This document shows positions 41,556-52,440 of a stretch of DNA of 64,000 nucleotides, one piece after another; positions within the stretch are counted from its first letter, which is position 1, and every line of letters begins with the position of its first letter. Made by a program: the position numbers and the translations under genes. This DNA comes from an uncultured bacterium (GTDB lineage: Bacteria; Babelota; Babeliae; Babelales; Babelaceae), in NCBI GenBank assembly GCA_963722385.1, contig CAVRKK010000002.1, forward strand, positions 64,001-128,000, read 5' to 3'. The notes below the pieces were generated by a model. The model did no database searches, had not been told where the DNA came from, and saw only the letters and a program-made list of their open reading frames with translations.

Positions 41556-43637
41556 ATGAACACTGTATATTTAGTGCTGATCTTAGTGCTTGGTATTTTT
41601 TCCCCGAGGAGTTTTGCTGGCGGTGAAAATTGGGAGCAAGCATTAGCATCGATGAGAATTGCTTTGGAACCTACCGAGGAAGATGAGAAAAAGCAACAAA
41701 TTCCTTTGGATGAAAAAACCCTTCAGGCAATGTTAGTAAGCTTGGGGATTCAGCAACCTCAAAGACAAGAAATTCATGATGCCTATGATCCCGTGTTGTT
41801 ACAGGCACAGCTTGATATTAGTAGGTCATTCATGAGGGATCATATAAATGCGAAGGATGACGAACTGAGCAACATAGAAGCACTGCAAGGAAGAAGTAGT
41901 AGATTTATCGAAAGCAGGACCTCACCGTCTGTTAGAGATTTGAGTGCGGTTAATATTGCTCAAGAGAATACGGTTTTTAATGAGCTTGGTGATGCCATAG
42001 AAAATATCGAGTGTAGGTCAATGGCTCAAGCTTCTGGGGAAGATACGATAACGATAAATGAATTAACAGATGAAGACTTTGTGTATTTGAATGTTCCCTA
42101 TGATGAAGCCCGGCGACTCCTTACATTTGATATAGGCATGACCATTTTCGAACACAGGGATGGCCATATTATGCTGTGCGGGAGCTGTGATGATCATGAG
42201 TCTTTAAGAGAAAATAAAAACACCAATATTTTTGCTCGACTCTTGAAAGATAACCTAGGTGTTGATGCAGATAATGTTTGTTATAAGGTGCTGTCTCATT
42301 GCCGTTTGCCAAGCCTTTCGACCATTTTTACCGCTATTTCCCAAATCGTAGAGTTGCTTGATAAAAGCAATGACATTCTTGAGAAAGAGATTAAAAGACA
42401 ATGTCAGCTAACACGCAGTCAGACGCGGCTGATCGTTCTCAATAAGCTTCTTAATGATATGCAAAATGATAGAAGACGTTGGCGAAATCTTCAGAATGTT
42501 GTGTTACTTCATCCCAATCTAGCGAATGCCTTTGTAGTTCATAGCATATTGTTGCATCTTATGGATGAGGTTGCTTCTCCTTATAGCAGTCCTATGCTTT
42601 TGTCGCTTAAAGACAAGTCATTTTATGAAAAAATGCTTGGACGTTTAGTTAGTGAGAAGATGTTGTCTATAGCAAAAAAGGAAGGTTACTTTCTCAGGTT
42701 CATGATGGTAATACTGAGGCCGTATGCCAATGTACTGCTATCGCTTTATGAAGTTGAAGACCCCCCATCGAGAGAAGAGCGCATTGACGGCGGTATGGAT
42801 GGCATTATAGAGGAAAATAGACGTCATTTTAGAAATATAGCCATCCAAAGGGAGCGTGAATACGCTGAACAGCTTGAGCGCAATGAACGTGCCAAAAATC
42901 GTGAAAAAGAAAAAGAGAAAGAACGCGAGGATTCTGTTGAGCTCGTAGAATCTTCTTCTGTTCTTACTGATGAGGTTATTGAACGGGTACGTCAACGGCA
43001 AGAAGAGCGAGCACCGAGATCTGTTGGTGATGCCGAGACGTTATCATCAAACAATTGGAAAGAGCATACGAAAGAAAAGCGAGAAAAGCGAGAAAAAGGG
43101 AAAGAAAAAGAACGCAAAAAGGTTGTTCAGGAATTTAAAAAAGAAAATACTAAAAAGAAAGAAAAAAAATTGGCCGCGCAGGATCGAGCGAGCCAACCTA
43201 TACAGGCCCTTTGGCCAACGGAACGCGACCAATTTCAGGAATTTGTGAGGGAAGTAGGCCTTGCTGATCATCCGATCTACCGAGTTCTTGTGGACCCGCG
43301 AGATAGGACTGGCGTTGTTACGCATCGTGATTTAAATATTTTTTTCCAAAAGCTCACTGAGCTTTTAAGAAAGTTCCTGTTACAAACCGATACATATGGT
43401 GCATTACAAATAGATATGTTTGTTCACGAAGTGCTCAACGATTTGCTTGCCACCGAGCATGCGGTTCATGGGACGGGTGATGGCGATGATCTTCCAGATA
43501 ACTATATTACCCATCGGCGCGGCGCCTTAATCTATGCAGGCCTTTTTTCAGTTGATGTGATGAAGAAGGTTGGCAAAGATGGTCGTGGTTATCATCAGAA
43601 GTATCTTTTACGGCTTATGAGAAAAGCGCAAGACTAG
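41556..43637 (+). CDS. Secreted hypothetical protein with E/K/R-rich region
   Basis: Signal peptide ending SFA; REKEKEKERE tract. Confidence 0.75.
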   Translation: MNTVYLVLILVLGIFSPRSFAGGENWEQALASMRIALEPTEEDEKKQQIPLDEKTLQAMLVSLGIQQPQRQEIHDAYDPVLLQAQLDISRSFMRDHINAKDDELSNIEALQGRSSRFIESRTSPSVRDLSAVNIAQENTVFNELGDAIENIECRSMAQASGEDTITINELTDEDFVYLNVPYDEARRLLTFDIGMTIFEHRDGHIMLCGSCDDHESLRENKNTNIFARLLKDNLGVDADNVCYKVLSHCRLPSLSTIFTAISQIVELLDKSNDILEKEIKRQCQLTRSQTRLIVLNKLLNDMQNDRRRWRNLQNVVLLHPNLANAFVVHSILLHLMDEVASPYSSPMLLSLKDKSFYEKMLGRLVSEKMLSIAKKEGYFLRFMMVILRPYANVLLSLYEVEDPPSREERIDGGMDGIIEENRRHFRNIAIQREREYAEQLERNERAKNREKEKEKEREDSVELVESSSVLTDEVIERVRQRQEERAPRSVGDAETLSSNNWKEHTKEKREKREKGKEKERKKVVQEFKKENTKKKEKKLAAQDRASQPIQALWPTERDQFQEFVREVGLADHPIYRVLVDPRDRTGVVTHRDLNIFFQKLTELLRKFLLQTDTYGALQIDMFVHEVLNDLLATEHAVHGTGDGDDLPDNYITHRRGALIYAGLFSVDVMKKVGKDGRGYHQKYLLRLMRKAQD

Positions 43638-43854
43638 GCAACGAACTTTTATTCCTCTTTTTTAGTCCCTGAGCAAAAGAAGCTTTTCCTTGGTCGTTTA
43701 AAAGAGTACTGCGATAAATTCGGCCTAAGCATCGAGGCAGCTTAGGCTATCACCGCTCGCTAAAAAGTGAAGGTGCCAGCAATCTACGCCTTGTTTGCGC
43801 CCGGAGGTGCGAGAGAATGGGCGTTACCAGGTCATCTCTCGAGTAAACAGCAAT

Positions 43855-43883
43855 TTGACAATTTTTATAAATAGACTTATAAT
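43855..43883 (+). promoter_or_regulatory. Perfect sigma70 promoter TTGACA-17-TATAAT
   Basis: Exact consensus 55 bp upstream of 43939. Confidence 0.7.
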
Positions 43884-43938
43884 TAATTTATAAATTATAA
43901 TTAACTCCAAATAGAAAATAAAACAACGGTGACTTGCT

Positions 43939-45108
43939 ATGTTTATGGGAACTAACAAATTTTTTGTTGCCTGCTTATTGCTGGGTTACAGTTGGGCTGG
44001 CTTGGCGTCTGTAGAAAGTAATCTTAAGACCATTAAAGATATAAGTTCGGTAATTTTGCATACGTCAAAGGTGTATGGGTCTACTGAAGCTACGCTCAAG
44101 AGATATAACCAGCTGCGGTTACTGCTCAAGAAACCGATTGCTGATACCATTGATGATATAGACTTTAGCTGGATAGAGGAAGTAGAACAGGAGGCCTCCC
44201 TGTTATATGAAGAGGAGAGCGCCAAGTTTATGCAAGAGCTCTGGCGGGAATATATGCCGACAGGTAACACGTATAGCTCGGTAGAGGCAGCTAATAATGC
44301 AACCAGGGCGCTTATTAATGAGGCTCGCGAGGCCTTGGGGATCAAAGAAGATCTTATTATGCTTTCGGGGCGGTCATGGGCTATCGCGTCTACGCATGAT
44401 AACAGCTCACCATCGGTTATCTCTCTTGAAATAACCGATAATATTGATAAAGCGCGATATCATGCTTATCATGAACTTTCGCACATCTTTTTCAAGCATA
44501 TGAGAATGCGCTGGGATGCTGGTGAGCATAACCGCTATTCTGTTTATCTTGAAAGGCCAGAATTTCTTAAAGCAACACAACAGGCTGAGCAATATATTAA
44601 GCTTGCCCGTCAAGCGCTTGATTCCAGTACGACCACGGGTGCAAGGATCAAAAAAAAGATAGCCGACAACCCACCTTTTTGGGTACCATCCCCCGGTCGG
44701 CCAAACTATCAAGAGAATCTTTTAAGAATTAACATCGAACGAGAGGCTGATCTCTATGCTTTTGAAAAGCTTTTTGAGCAAGGGCATATAGGCTCTATCT
44801 TATTCGTTATTGATAAATATAGTAGGTTTAAAGTTACTGATTATGGTGAGTCTGATCACCCATCGGCTCTCGAGATGGCGCTTTATGCAAGCGGGTTTTT
44901 GATACAAAAGGGCCTCGATATTAATAAAGAGCTAAAAAGTTGGGAATCGAAGAGCCAGCAAAGCAAGCCTATCGAAATAATAAAATCTAAAGGGGCAGAA
45001 GATCTGCTAAAGGCCTACCATGAGTGGCACCAACCGTCACCAGAAACAAAAAAAGTCAGCCTTGCACAACCAGTTATTGATTTTGGCCAAAAAACGGTAA
45101 TACTTTAG
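43939..45108 (+). CDS. Secreted HExxH metallopeptidase, paralog of 15145 and 46016
   Basis: YHELSH, EREADLYA, DHPSALE. Confidence 0.78.
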   Translation: MFMGTNKFFVACLLLGYSWAGLASVESNLKTIKDISSVILHTSKVYGSTEATLKRYNQLRLLLKKPIADTIDDIDFSWIEEVEQEASLLYEEESAKFMQELWREYMPTGNTYSSVEAANNATRALINEAREALGIKEDLIMLSGRSWAIASTHDNSSPSVISLEITDNIDKARYHAYHELSHIFFKHMRMRWDAGEHNRYSVYLERPEFLKATQQAEQYIKLARQALDSSTTTGARIKKKIADNPPFWVPSPGRPNYQENLLRINIEREADLYAFEKLFEQGHIGSILFVIDKYSRFKVTDYGESDHPSALEMALYASGFLIQKGLDINKELKSWESKSQQSKPIEIIKSKGAEDLLKAYHEWHQPSPETKKVSLAQPVIDFGQKTVIL

Positions 45109-45184
45109 CGCCAAACCTTGGCTGGCACATCGTGAGATGCAATTGGTTGCTTATTGGCTATTGCTGCTTTGCCAAATTTCGTTA

Positions 45185-45227
45185 AGATAAGAACTGAGTG
45201 GCTGCTAAAGCCACTCAGTTCTTATCT
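45185..45227. terminator. Perfect 19-bp hairpin, possible intrinsic terminator
   Basis: AGATAAGAACTGAGTGGCT-GCTAA-AGCCACTCAGTTCTTATCT followed by ATTTTCT. Confidence 0.55.
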
Positions 45228-45283
45228 ATTTTCTATGACACGAATCACTTATGCCAGAAATTACTTTATGATTGGTTGCAGAC

Positions 45284-45835
45284 ATGAAAATTGCTGATAA
45301 AAAAAATTCGGAATATCTCAAGGCGTCACGGCTCGATACACCGCTTGGTCCCATGGTAGCAGTAGCAGATGAGGAAGCGCTTTATCTTTTGGAATTTAGC
45401 GACGGGCCTGGGCTTAAGAGCGAAATTGAGCGTTTAAGACAAAAAACAACCGCAACAATCATTGCTGGTTATACGCCACCACTTCATTCAATTAAAAGCG
45501 AGCTAAGCCTCTATTTTGACGGCATGTTGACGGAGTTTAAAACACCATTGTTTCTCTCTGGCTCAGGTTTCCAGAAAAACGTTTGGGAAGAGTTAAGAAA
45601 GATCCCTTTTGGACAAACAAGACCTTACGCAGCCATAGCTGCGAGGATTGGCAAGCCTTCGGCTTTTAGGGCTGTCGCTCAGGCAAATGGTGCGAACCAG
45701 CTTGCCATTGTTATACCCTGCCATCGTGTCATAAACTCAAATGGCGGCAAGGGTGGCTATAGAGCTGGCTTGGAGCGGAAAAAATGGCTCATTAATCATG
45801 AAAAATCCACCACTCCTGTCGAGTATGTGATTTAA
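45284..45835 (+). CDS. ogt: Methylated-DNA-protein-cysteine methyltransferase
   Basis: TPLG, FQKNVW, RAVAQANGAN, IPCHRV. Confidence 0.92.
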   Translation: MKIADKKNSEYLKASRLDTPLGPMVAVADEEALYLLEFSDGPGLKSEIERLRQKTTATIIAGYTPPLHSIKSELSLYFDGMLTEFKTPLFLSGSGFQKNVWEELRKIPFGQTRPYAAIAARIGKPSAFRAVAQANGANQLAIVIPCHRVINSNGGKGGYRAGLERKKWLINHEKSTTPVEYVI

Positions 45836-46015
45836 CTTCTGCGTTACACGGCTTATCTTCTCAGCAGGAGCAATTGAATTCTACCAGAATCTTGTTCCGT
45901 CGAGAGCTCAAAATTCCGCATAATGCTTCGAGCATGAATAGCGGCATTGAAACACCTGGCTTAATATTACTAAATATGCTATTTTTAGATGCTCGTTATA
46001 CAAAGGTCTTGACGT

Positions 46016-48298
46016 ATGTACGATTCAAAATGGCTTAGTCTTGTTTTTAGCGTTTGTATAGTTCCCGGTCTATTTCCTTCCTGGACAAGAGAAAAAAATC
46101 AAAATCAGCTACATCTTGAGCAAGAATATTATGCAACCTGGTCCTACGAAAATTGGAAAGAAGCTCTTCAGCAATCATGGACAACGGAAGGCATCATTAC
46201 TTTATCTGCGCAAGTATCTCATTTGGTATATCTTCTAGATTTTAACATAAGCGCTTTAAAAAAAGACGAAAATAATACATTTTATCGGAATTCAGCATGG
46301 TGTGCGTACAATGCACTAAGAGAAATGCTTGATTTTCCTTTTATATCTACCTTAGACCAAATAGACGATGACTGGGTTAATAATCAAGCTTATATATTTT
46401 GGAAAGAAGAAAAAACCAATGCCGGCAAACAACAAAATAGCAATTCCTTATCGCACCAGCGGTATGAAATCGCGTGGTTTACCGAGCACCATCTTAGTAA
46501 ATTACGCCAAGAACCCCTAAGTATATATGATCGTAGGCAAGCTCTGCATGGTTATAATTTCTTAAAAGAGCTCCAAGGCCTTCCTGGTAATGCTCAAGAT
46601 TTAGAAGATATAGATAGCCAATGGCTTGATGAGCAAGCGTATGTTTCTTGGAAAGATCACCTACAAAAAGAATGGTCCAGCAATAAGATTGACGAGTTTA
46701 CAAAACAAATAAACAATATTTTGCTACGGCGAAGTCGAGCTTTAGATGACTTAAAAAGCCCCGACAAGATGTATACTCAAAAAGTGGAATTATATAGTTA
46801 TAACTTTGTAAGAGAATTACTTCATTTGGAAGTAGCTAAAAGCTATGTGGATGTAGATCAGGACTGGCTTAAAGAGGTCCAAAATGAGACGAATCTTTAC
46901 AGCTACATTGAACGATTAAACCGTGAACTACCTACCATAAATCAAAAGGAACTTTTAGCAGAGGCGCGAGAACTATTACATTTAGAGGATGATATTATCT
47001 TATTAAGCTGTAAGGGTAAAGGCAGTTGGGCTCGAGCACCGAATTATCTTACTTTAACAACAGATCCTGATCTTAATCGACAGTATTATTACCTTTACCA
47101 TGAGCTTGGCCATATTATCTACAAAGATATTTTTCACCATGTCGATAGTAATACAAGTGAGGCAGATATCGACTCTTGGATAACTGATCCTCTCTTTACC
47201 AAAAGCTTCCAAGACATCGAGGAATATATAAAAATAGGCAAAAAGGCATTTGATAGTACAACATTCTTAGGTAAAACTATTAATGATATATTAACTCAGC
47301 AGTTGCTTTTATGGGCACCACCTGCTCGTCAAAAAATATATACGAGAACGCTCTACCTTAGAGGGTGCGAGCAGAGAGCTGACCTGTTTGCTTGCCAAAA
47401 GCTTTTAGAACAAGGAAAACTTGATTCCCTCTTAGCAACAATTTCCGAATTCGCGTTATCAAACTATATTACTGCCTATGAAAATAAAGATGATCATCCT
47501 TCACACTTCGAACGTGCGCTCTATATGTCTGGCTTTCTTGTTGTACATGGCATAGATATCAACCAAGCATTCAAAGAGTGGTATGAAAAAAAACAGGATA
47601 CTTACCCTCAGTTAGTTCCACGTAGCGCACCTTCGACCAAAAATGACGGTGCTCATGACTTTTTGAAAGCATATGATATTTGGCGCATCAACGTTGAAAA
47701 ACAAAATTACGAGCAATGGAAGTCAAATATAATGGCAAGATGGCAAACCGAGGGTATATTAGAATTTTATGAAAAAATAAGCACACTTGATGCATTTATT
47801 GTTCAACAATGCCGACTTGCTAAAGTTGAGCACGAAAAAGTTATTGAGAAACCAGGGGGACATGAGAAACAGGCTCTTTATGCTTACAATTTTTTTCGTG
47901 AGCTTCTCGAGCAAGATACGATTAAAAGCTTTGTAGATATTAATTTTGAATGGATAAAAGCGGAACAGTATAAAATTTGGAAAGGCCTTCTATTAGATAC
48001 TTTTAACCAACAAAAAATAATTACCTTATCGGCGCGAATTACGTTCTTAGTCAAAAAGCTTGATTCTCACTTTGACCAGCTTGAATACAATAATATATCA
48101 GCGTATTATCATGAGCAAGAGGCTCTCTTTTGCTATAACTTGCTGAGAGAAATCCTGCAATGTGACCAGATATGGTCAATAGATGGAGTCGATTATGACT
48201 GGCTAAGGCAGCAAAGGATGGCCTATGGTGAAAAAAGAGCTTTTCTTACAAAACTTCTCCAAAAAATCAACATCATATATCGAAAGTGGATGATTTAA
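46016..48298 (+). CDS. Secreted HExxH metallopeptidase with five ~82-aa repeats
   Basis: YHELGH, EQRADLFA, DHPSHFER; repeats YxxWK...YNxxRELL...IDxxW. Confidence 0.8.
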   Translation: MYDSKWLSLVFSVCIVPGLFPSWTREKNQNQLHLEQEYYATWSYENWKEALQQSWTTEGIITLSAQVSHLVYLLDFNISALKKDENNTFYRNSAWCAYNALREMLDFPFISTLDQIDDDWVNNQAYIFWKEEKTNAGKQQNSNSLSHQRYEIAWFTEHHLSKLRQEPLSIYDRRQALHGYNFLKELQGLPGNAQDLEDIDSQWLDEQAYVSWKDHLQKEWSSNKIDEFTKQINNILLRRSRALDDLKSPDKMYTQKVELYSYNFVRELLHLEVAKSYVDVDQDWLKEVQNETNLYSYIERLNRELPTINQKELLAEARELLHLEDDIILLSCKGKGSWARAPNYLTLTTDPDLNRQYYYLYHELGHIIYKDIFHHVDSNTSEADIDSWITDPLFTKSFQDIEEYIKIGKKAFDSTTFLGKTINDILTQQLLLWAPPARQKIYTRTLYLRGCEQRADLFACQKLLEQGKLDSLLATISEFALSNYITAYENKDDHPSHFERALYMSGFLVVHGIDINQAFKEWYEKKQDTYPQLVPRSAPSTKNDGAHDFLKAYDIWRINVEKQNYEQWKSNIMARWQTEGILEFYEKISTLDAFIVQQCRLAKVEHEKVIEKPGGHEKQALYAYNFFRELLEQDTIKSFVDINFEWIKAEQYKIWKGLLLDTFNQQKIITLSARITFLVKKLDSHFDQLEYNNISAYYHEQEALFCYNLLREILQCDQIWSIDGVDYDWLRQQRMAYGEKRAFLTKLLQKINIIYRKWMI

Positions 48299-48347
48299 TA
48301 CTCTCTTGAGTAGGTTTGACCCGTCAAGATAAGCCAGCAAGGAAAAT

Positions 48348-49391
48348 ATGAAAAAGTATATCGACTTACGCAGTGATACGGTTACAAAGCCTACTTCTCC
48401 AATGCTTAATATGATGATGAGCGCTGAGGTGGGTGACGATGTTTTTGCCGATGACCCAACCGTAAATGCATTGGAAGTTATAGCTGCAGAGATACTTGGC
48501 AAAGAAACTGCCGTGCTAGCACCGAGCGGTACACAATCAAACCTTATGGGTTTTATGGCGCATTGTCAGCGTGGCGATGAATATATTGTTGGACAGCAAG
48601 CGCACACCTTCAAATGGGAAGGTGGCGGAGCAGCCGTGTTGGGAAGCATTCAGCCGCAGCCGTTAGATTTTGAGCCAGATGGCACGCTTTCACTTAAAAA
48701 AGTTAAAGAATATATCAAGCCAATCGATTATCATCATGCCAAAACGAGGCTTTTGTGCATAGAAAATACCCAGTCAGGCAAAGCTTTACCAATGAGCTAT
48801 CTGAGGGACGTGCATGACTTTTGCAAGCTTACGGGCTTATCATCACATCTTGATGGAGCGCGCTTGTTTAATGCTGCAATACATCATAACGTGGGCGCCC
48901 AAGAGATTGCTCAGCATTTTGACACGGTTTCTATTTGTCTATCAAAGGGATTAGGAGCCCTATCGGGTCGGTACTCTGCGGTCCGCGCGAGCTTATAGAG
49001 AGCGCACGCCGATGGCGCAAAGTTCTTGGTGGAGGTATGCGCCAAGCCGGCATTCTTGCTGCAGCTGGGATATATGCTCTTAAGCATAATATTCAAAGGT
49101 TGTCTGAAGACCATGCCAATGCAGCTCTCCTTGCTCAAGGGTTGCATGAGATAAGCGAAATTCAACATGTTTCCCATCACACCAATATGGTATTTATTCA
49201 ATTATCAGAATCACGTAAGGCCTTTAAAAGAGTATCTTAAAGAAAAAGGGATTATAATCTTAGCAGGCTTTGACACAAGATTAGTGACTCACTTGGATAT
49301 TGATGAAAAGGATATACGTCGTGTTATCCAAGAGTTTAAAAACTTTTGGATAACACGACGTACTAAAATTTGTGGGCTTTCTCCAAATTAA
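48348..49391 (+). pseudogene. ltaE: Low-specificity L-threonine aldolase, two frameshifts (~48960, ~49224)
   Basis: DLRSDTVT, HLDGARLFNA, CLSKGLGA/PIGS, GGGMRQAG and RLVTHLD spread over three frames. Confidence 0.9.
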
Positions 49392-49405
49392 TTCTGAGAA
49401 TGCGC

Positions 49406-50152
49406 TTATATAGTGTGTAGTGCTGGGCAAACGTTTGGCTGGATTCCAAGAGCATGCTCAATAAAATAAGCGAAATCGTGCTCTCTCCATTTTTCATGAA
49501 AAGCCTCTTCCATTTTTTCGATTTGAGTGATTAACTCTGGAAGCGCTTTTCTTGCTTTGTTAAGCAAATCTAAGAAATCCTTTGCTCTCTTTTCATCGGA
49601 CTCTACTTGCTTGAGGAGATTTTCCGCTCTCATGACATGACCCTCAGCTCTCGCAGCCTGCCATTTTCTATAGACCGCTAGGAAACAGGTCGTTAACCCA
49701 GTCGCCAGACCCAATATTTTGGTATCAAGCCTGTCATTATGTCGATACATTCCAATAACTGTTCCTATAAAACTCGTGAGCGCTGTCGCGCTGAGCAAGT
49801 AATACATATATGAAGACTGCTCGAGTATGTCATAAGATTCCCGTATTATGTCAGAAGACTCCTTACGCCCATGGGAAGCTTCTTCTATTATTTTAAAGGC
49901 CTCTTTGCTTTTTTCTGGGGATTCTTTTTCGACTTTTGCTAAAAGCTCTTGAGCTCTTTCTCGGGTTTCCTGCAAAAGATCTTTGACTTCCTTAATTTTT
50001 TCTTTATTATCTTCTTTCTTACCTTGAATTTGTTGAATTTCTTCTTGAATCATTTCCAGCTTGGTAATTAATTCATCGGATATATCTACTGCTTGCGTTA
50101 TAGCTGCGGGGAACAGTAACAAGCACATTAAATATTGTATTCCTAATTTCAT
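49406..50152 (-). CDS. Exported coiled-coil protein with two TM segments
   Basis: Signal peptide, E/K heptads, two hydrophobic segments. Confidence 0.7.
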   Translation of the reverse strand: MKLGIQYLMCLLLFPAAITQAVDISDELITKLEMIQEEIQQIQGKKEDNKEKIKEVKDLLQETRERAQELLAKVEKESPEKSKEAFKIIEEASHGRKESSDIIRESYDILEQSSYMYYLLSATALTSFIGTVIGMYRHNDRLDTKILGLATGLTTCFLAVYRKWQAARAEGHVMRAENLLKQVESDEKRAKDFLDLLNKARKALPELITQIEKMEEAFHEKWREHDFAYFIEHALGIQPNVCPALHTI

Positions 50153-50413
50153 AGTAGTCCTTTCATTTAGCAATCAATCATAAATTATACTATATAATAA
50201 AAGTATTAAAATGCCAATGCTTTTCCTTGGCGTTTTAATACTAAAATATACCAGTTTCGGTATACCTTAGTATTATATTATTTCTAAAAGCAATTTTTCA
50301 AGGGTTTTGTTTTGAGATTTGGCGCGTCATACTGGCCTATTAAGACGCATAACGTTTATTGACCAGATTGAAAAGAGGGTAAAGTTGTATCTGTTTTGCT
50401 CACGGATCGAGTT

Positions 50414-51064
50414 TTACATGTTCAGAAATTGCCATTCATGAGCAAGATATTGCTGAGTAGAAGGATAAGCTTGATATTCCCGCGATGAATGAGCCGATTG
50501 TCCATTGTTACCAAAAGAGCCCCGTTGATTGATCTCATTGAGAAGAGTATTTAGTTGAGTTGATGCATACGAATAGTAATAGTAGGCAAAAATAGCATCT
50601 AACCAACACTTTAAGCCAAATAAACAGCACCTAGACGTTTCGCAAGGATCAGTAGTACAGCAAGGAGCATTAACGTCGATCTCTCTGACTCCAAAGGCCT
50701 CCCTATATGCCTGCTTGAGACCAATGTTGACGACAGAAATATATTTCGATAGTTTGCCTAACTCAGCTATCTTGTTAACAAGCAAATGGGCTACCTCACT
50801 CTGCTGAGCAGGGGCAGACTCGATGTCCGGCATTTGCGCTCGTATCTTTGTTATGACTTCATCAAGCTGAATACAAGCATCATCATGCCATGGTTTGGCA
50901 TTTGGTAGAAGGTTTAGTAAACTTTCTATGCTATCACTTTCAGCAAGTTGCTCGTTGTTTTCAATCGAAGGTCGAGTTCTTTGTCGGCATTCCATCAAAT
51001 ACAATGTATTGGTGAATGAAGTAACCGTTACTATAAAAAGCACATAACGCGTTAGTTGAATCAT
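50414..51064 (-). CDS. Secreted hypothetical protein with Cys-rich segment
   Basis: Signal-like N-terminus; PCCTTDPCETSRCCLFGLKC. Confidence 0.65.
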   Translation of the reverse strand: MIQLTRYVLFIVTVTSFTNTLYLMECRQRTRPSIENNEQLAESDSIESLLNLLPNAKPWHDDACIQLDEVITKIRAQMPDIESAPAQQSEVAHLLVNKIAELGKLSKYISVVNIGLKQAYREAFGVREIDVNAPCCTTDPCETSRCCLFGLKCWLDAIFAYYYYSYASTQLNTLLNEINQRGSFGNNGQSAHSSREYQAYPSTQQYLAHEWQFLNM

Positions 51065-51211
51065 TTGACAACTACCTCCCAAGTTAATTACTGCTATTGT
51101 AGCAATATCGCTCAATTATGTCACGGGAGGCGTTCTGGTACATTCACTGGACATAATCGACTTCAGGCTTGTTCTAAAATAGCCGTACTTATATCTGAAG
51201 GTAATATCTCT

Positions 51212-51709
51212 CTAAACTTTATGAATGCTGGTTTGTAAAAGATAGGGCTTTATACACAGGGATGTTTGCTCAGTAGATTGAAAAACAACGTGGAAGGGCG
51301 TTGGATTTCTTATGAGAGCACCGTAATGCTGGCCATGTGCCCATGCATCAGCTGTCTTCTGGAGAAGCGTAATAAGGACTTTTTTATCGTGTGGCGCTGC
51401 ATCAAGGACTTTATCAAAATGTTTAATAATAACCACATAGGCGGGAGCAGGAAGCCACTGTAAATCATTGAGACATTCATCAAATGCCTCCCAATTATGA
51501 CCAAAATAAGAGGGAAAGGCCATAACCGCTGCCCATTCATCAAATAAAGCGTCTTTTGTCTTACAATGTAAGCCATTAATAAGCTTTACCAGGGGTTGAA
51601 CGGGATTTTCCTTAAGAAGCCTACGAAGTTGATTGAGCTCGCGAGCACCACCTTTCAAAACATGCAGAAAGGGAGGACATAAGCAGGTAAGACATTTACT
51701 ATATTCCAC
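51212..51709 (-). CDS. Barstar-family inhibitor/immunity protein
   Basis: FPSYFGHNWEAFDECLNDLQWL. Confidence 0.88.
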   Translation of the reverse strand: MEYSKCLTCLCPPFLHVLKGGARELNQLRRLLKENPVQPLVKLINGLHCKTKDALFDEWAAVMAFPSYFGHNWEAFDECLNDLQWLPAPAYVVIIKHFDKVLDAAPHDKKVLITLLQKTADAWAHGQHYGALIRNPTPFHVVFQSTEQTSLCIKPYLLQTSIHKV

Positions 51710-51722
51710 AAGCGACCCCTTG

Positions 51723-51977
51723 CTATTTAAGTTTTATAAACGTTTTGTAATGGTCAAAAGTATACCAGGCGGAGCCGTCATTTGCTCGTATCAAACGTTC
51801 GGCCCCTCGATTTTTGCCAGGTACGAAAGGATGAACGTCATACTCTTGATAGCGGCCAGACGAAGGCAAGACTACATCATAGTTGCCAAAGGTTCGACCA
51901 CCTACATACCCTGGCGGTGGGGTCCCATTATGCAGTTCAATCTGATGCAAGACTGAAAAAACATATTCCGGTACCAT
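51723..51977 (-). CDS. Barnase/RNase Sa-type ribonuclease domain; upstream part (to ~52336) decayed
   Basis: GGRTFGN..LP..YQEYDV..RGAERL..WYTFDHYKTF. Confidence 0.85.
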   Translation of the reverse strand: MVPEYVFSVLHQIELHNGTPPPGYVGGRTFGNYDVVLPSSGRYQEYDVHPFVPGKNRGAERLIRANDGSAWYTFDHYKTFIKLK

Positions 51978-52440
51978 TTTGCTCTGGTCGTCAATCGTTA
52001 GATGATTTGCTTGCGTGCTTGGAAGACGCCACCATGACGGCCGCTTCTTATGGTGTCGCTTCTTTTTCCAAGGCTTGTTTCCAAGATGATAGCATATCTC
52101 AAGGCTACGTCAATCAAGCCGGTCGCGTGAAGGGAACATCTTTTAATTATCAAAGTATTGTGTTTCAGGTAATTTTTACGACCTTGGCGAACACATACTT
52201 AGGAAGATTTAAAATAAACGCTATTGACAACACTCTTAATTCAGCGGGGATATAGCGCACTTCTTGCCCCATAAATAACCGATCCACAGCAAGGGACAAA
52301 TAAGAACGGCGAAAACAATATGTTATACGTCTTCATAGACCTATCCTGTTTAAACTACTTCTATTATGTTATTAAATACTAATTTAGCAAAAAATTAAAT
52401 TTTCAAGCAGAGTCTTGTATTTGATAGTATGTTAAAATAA

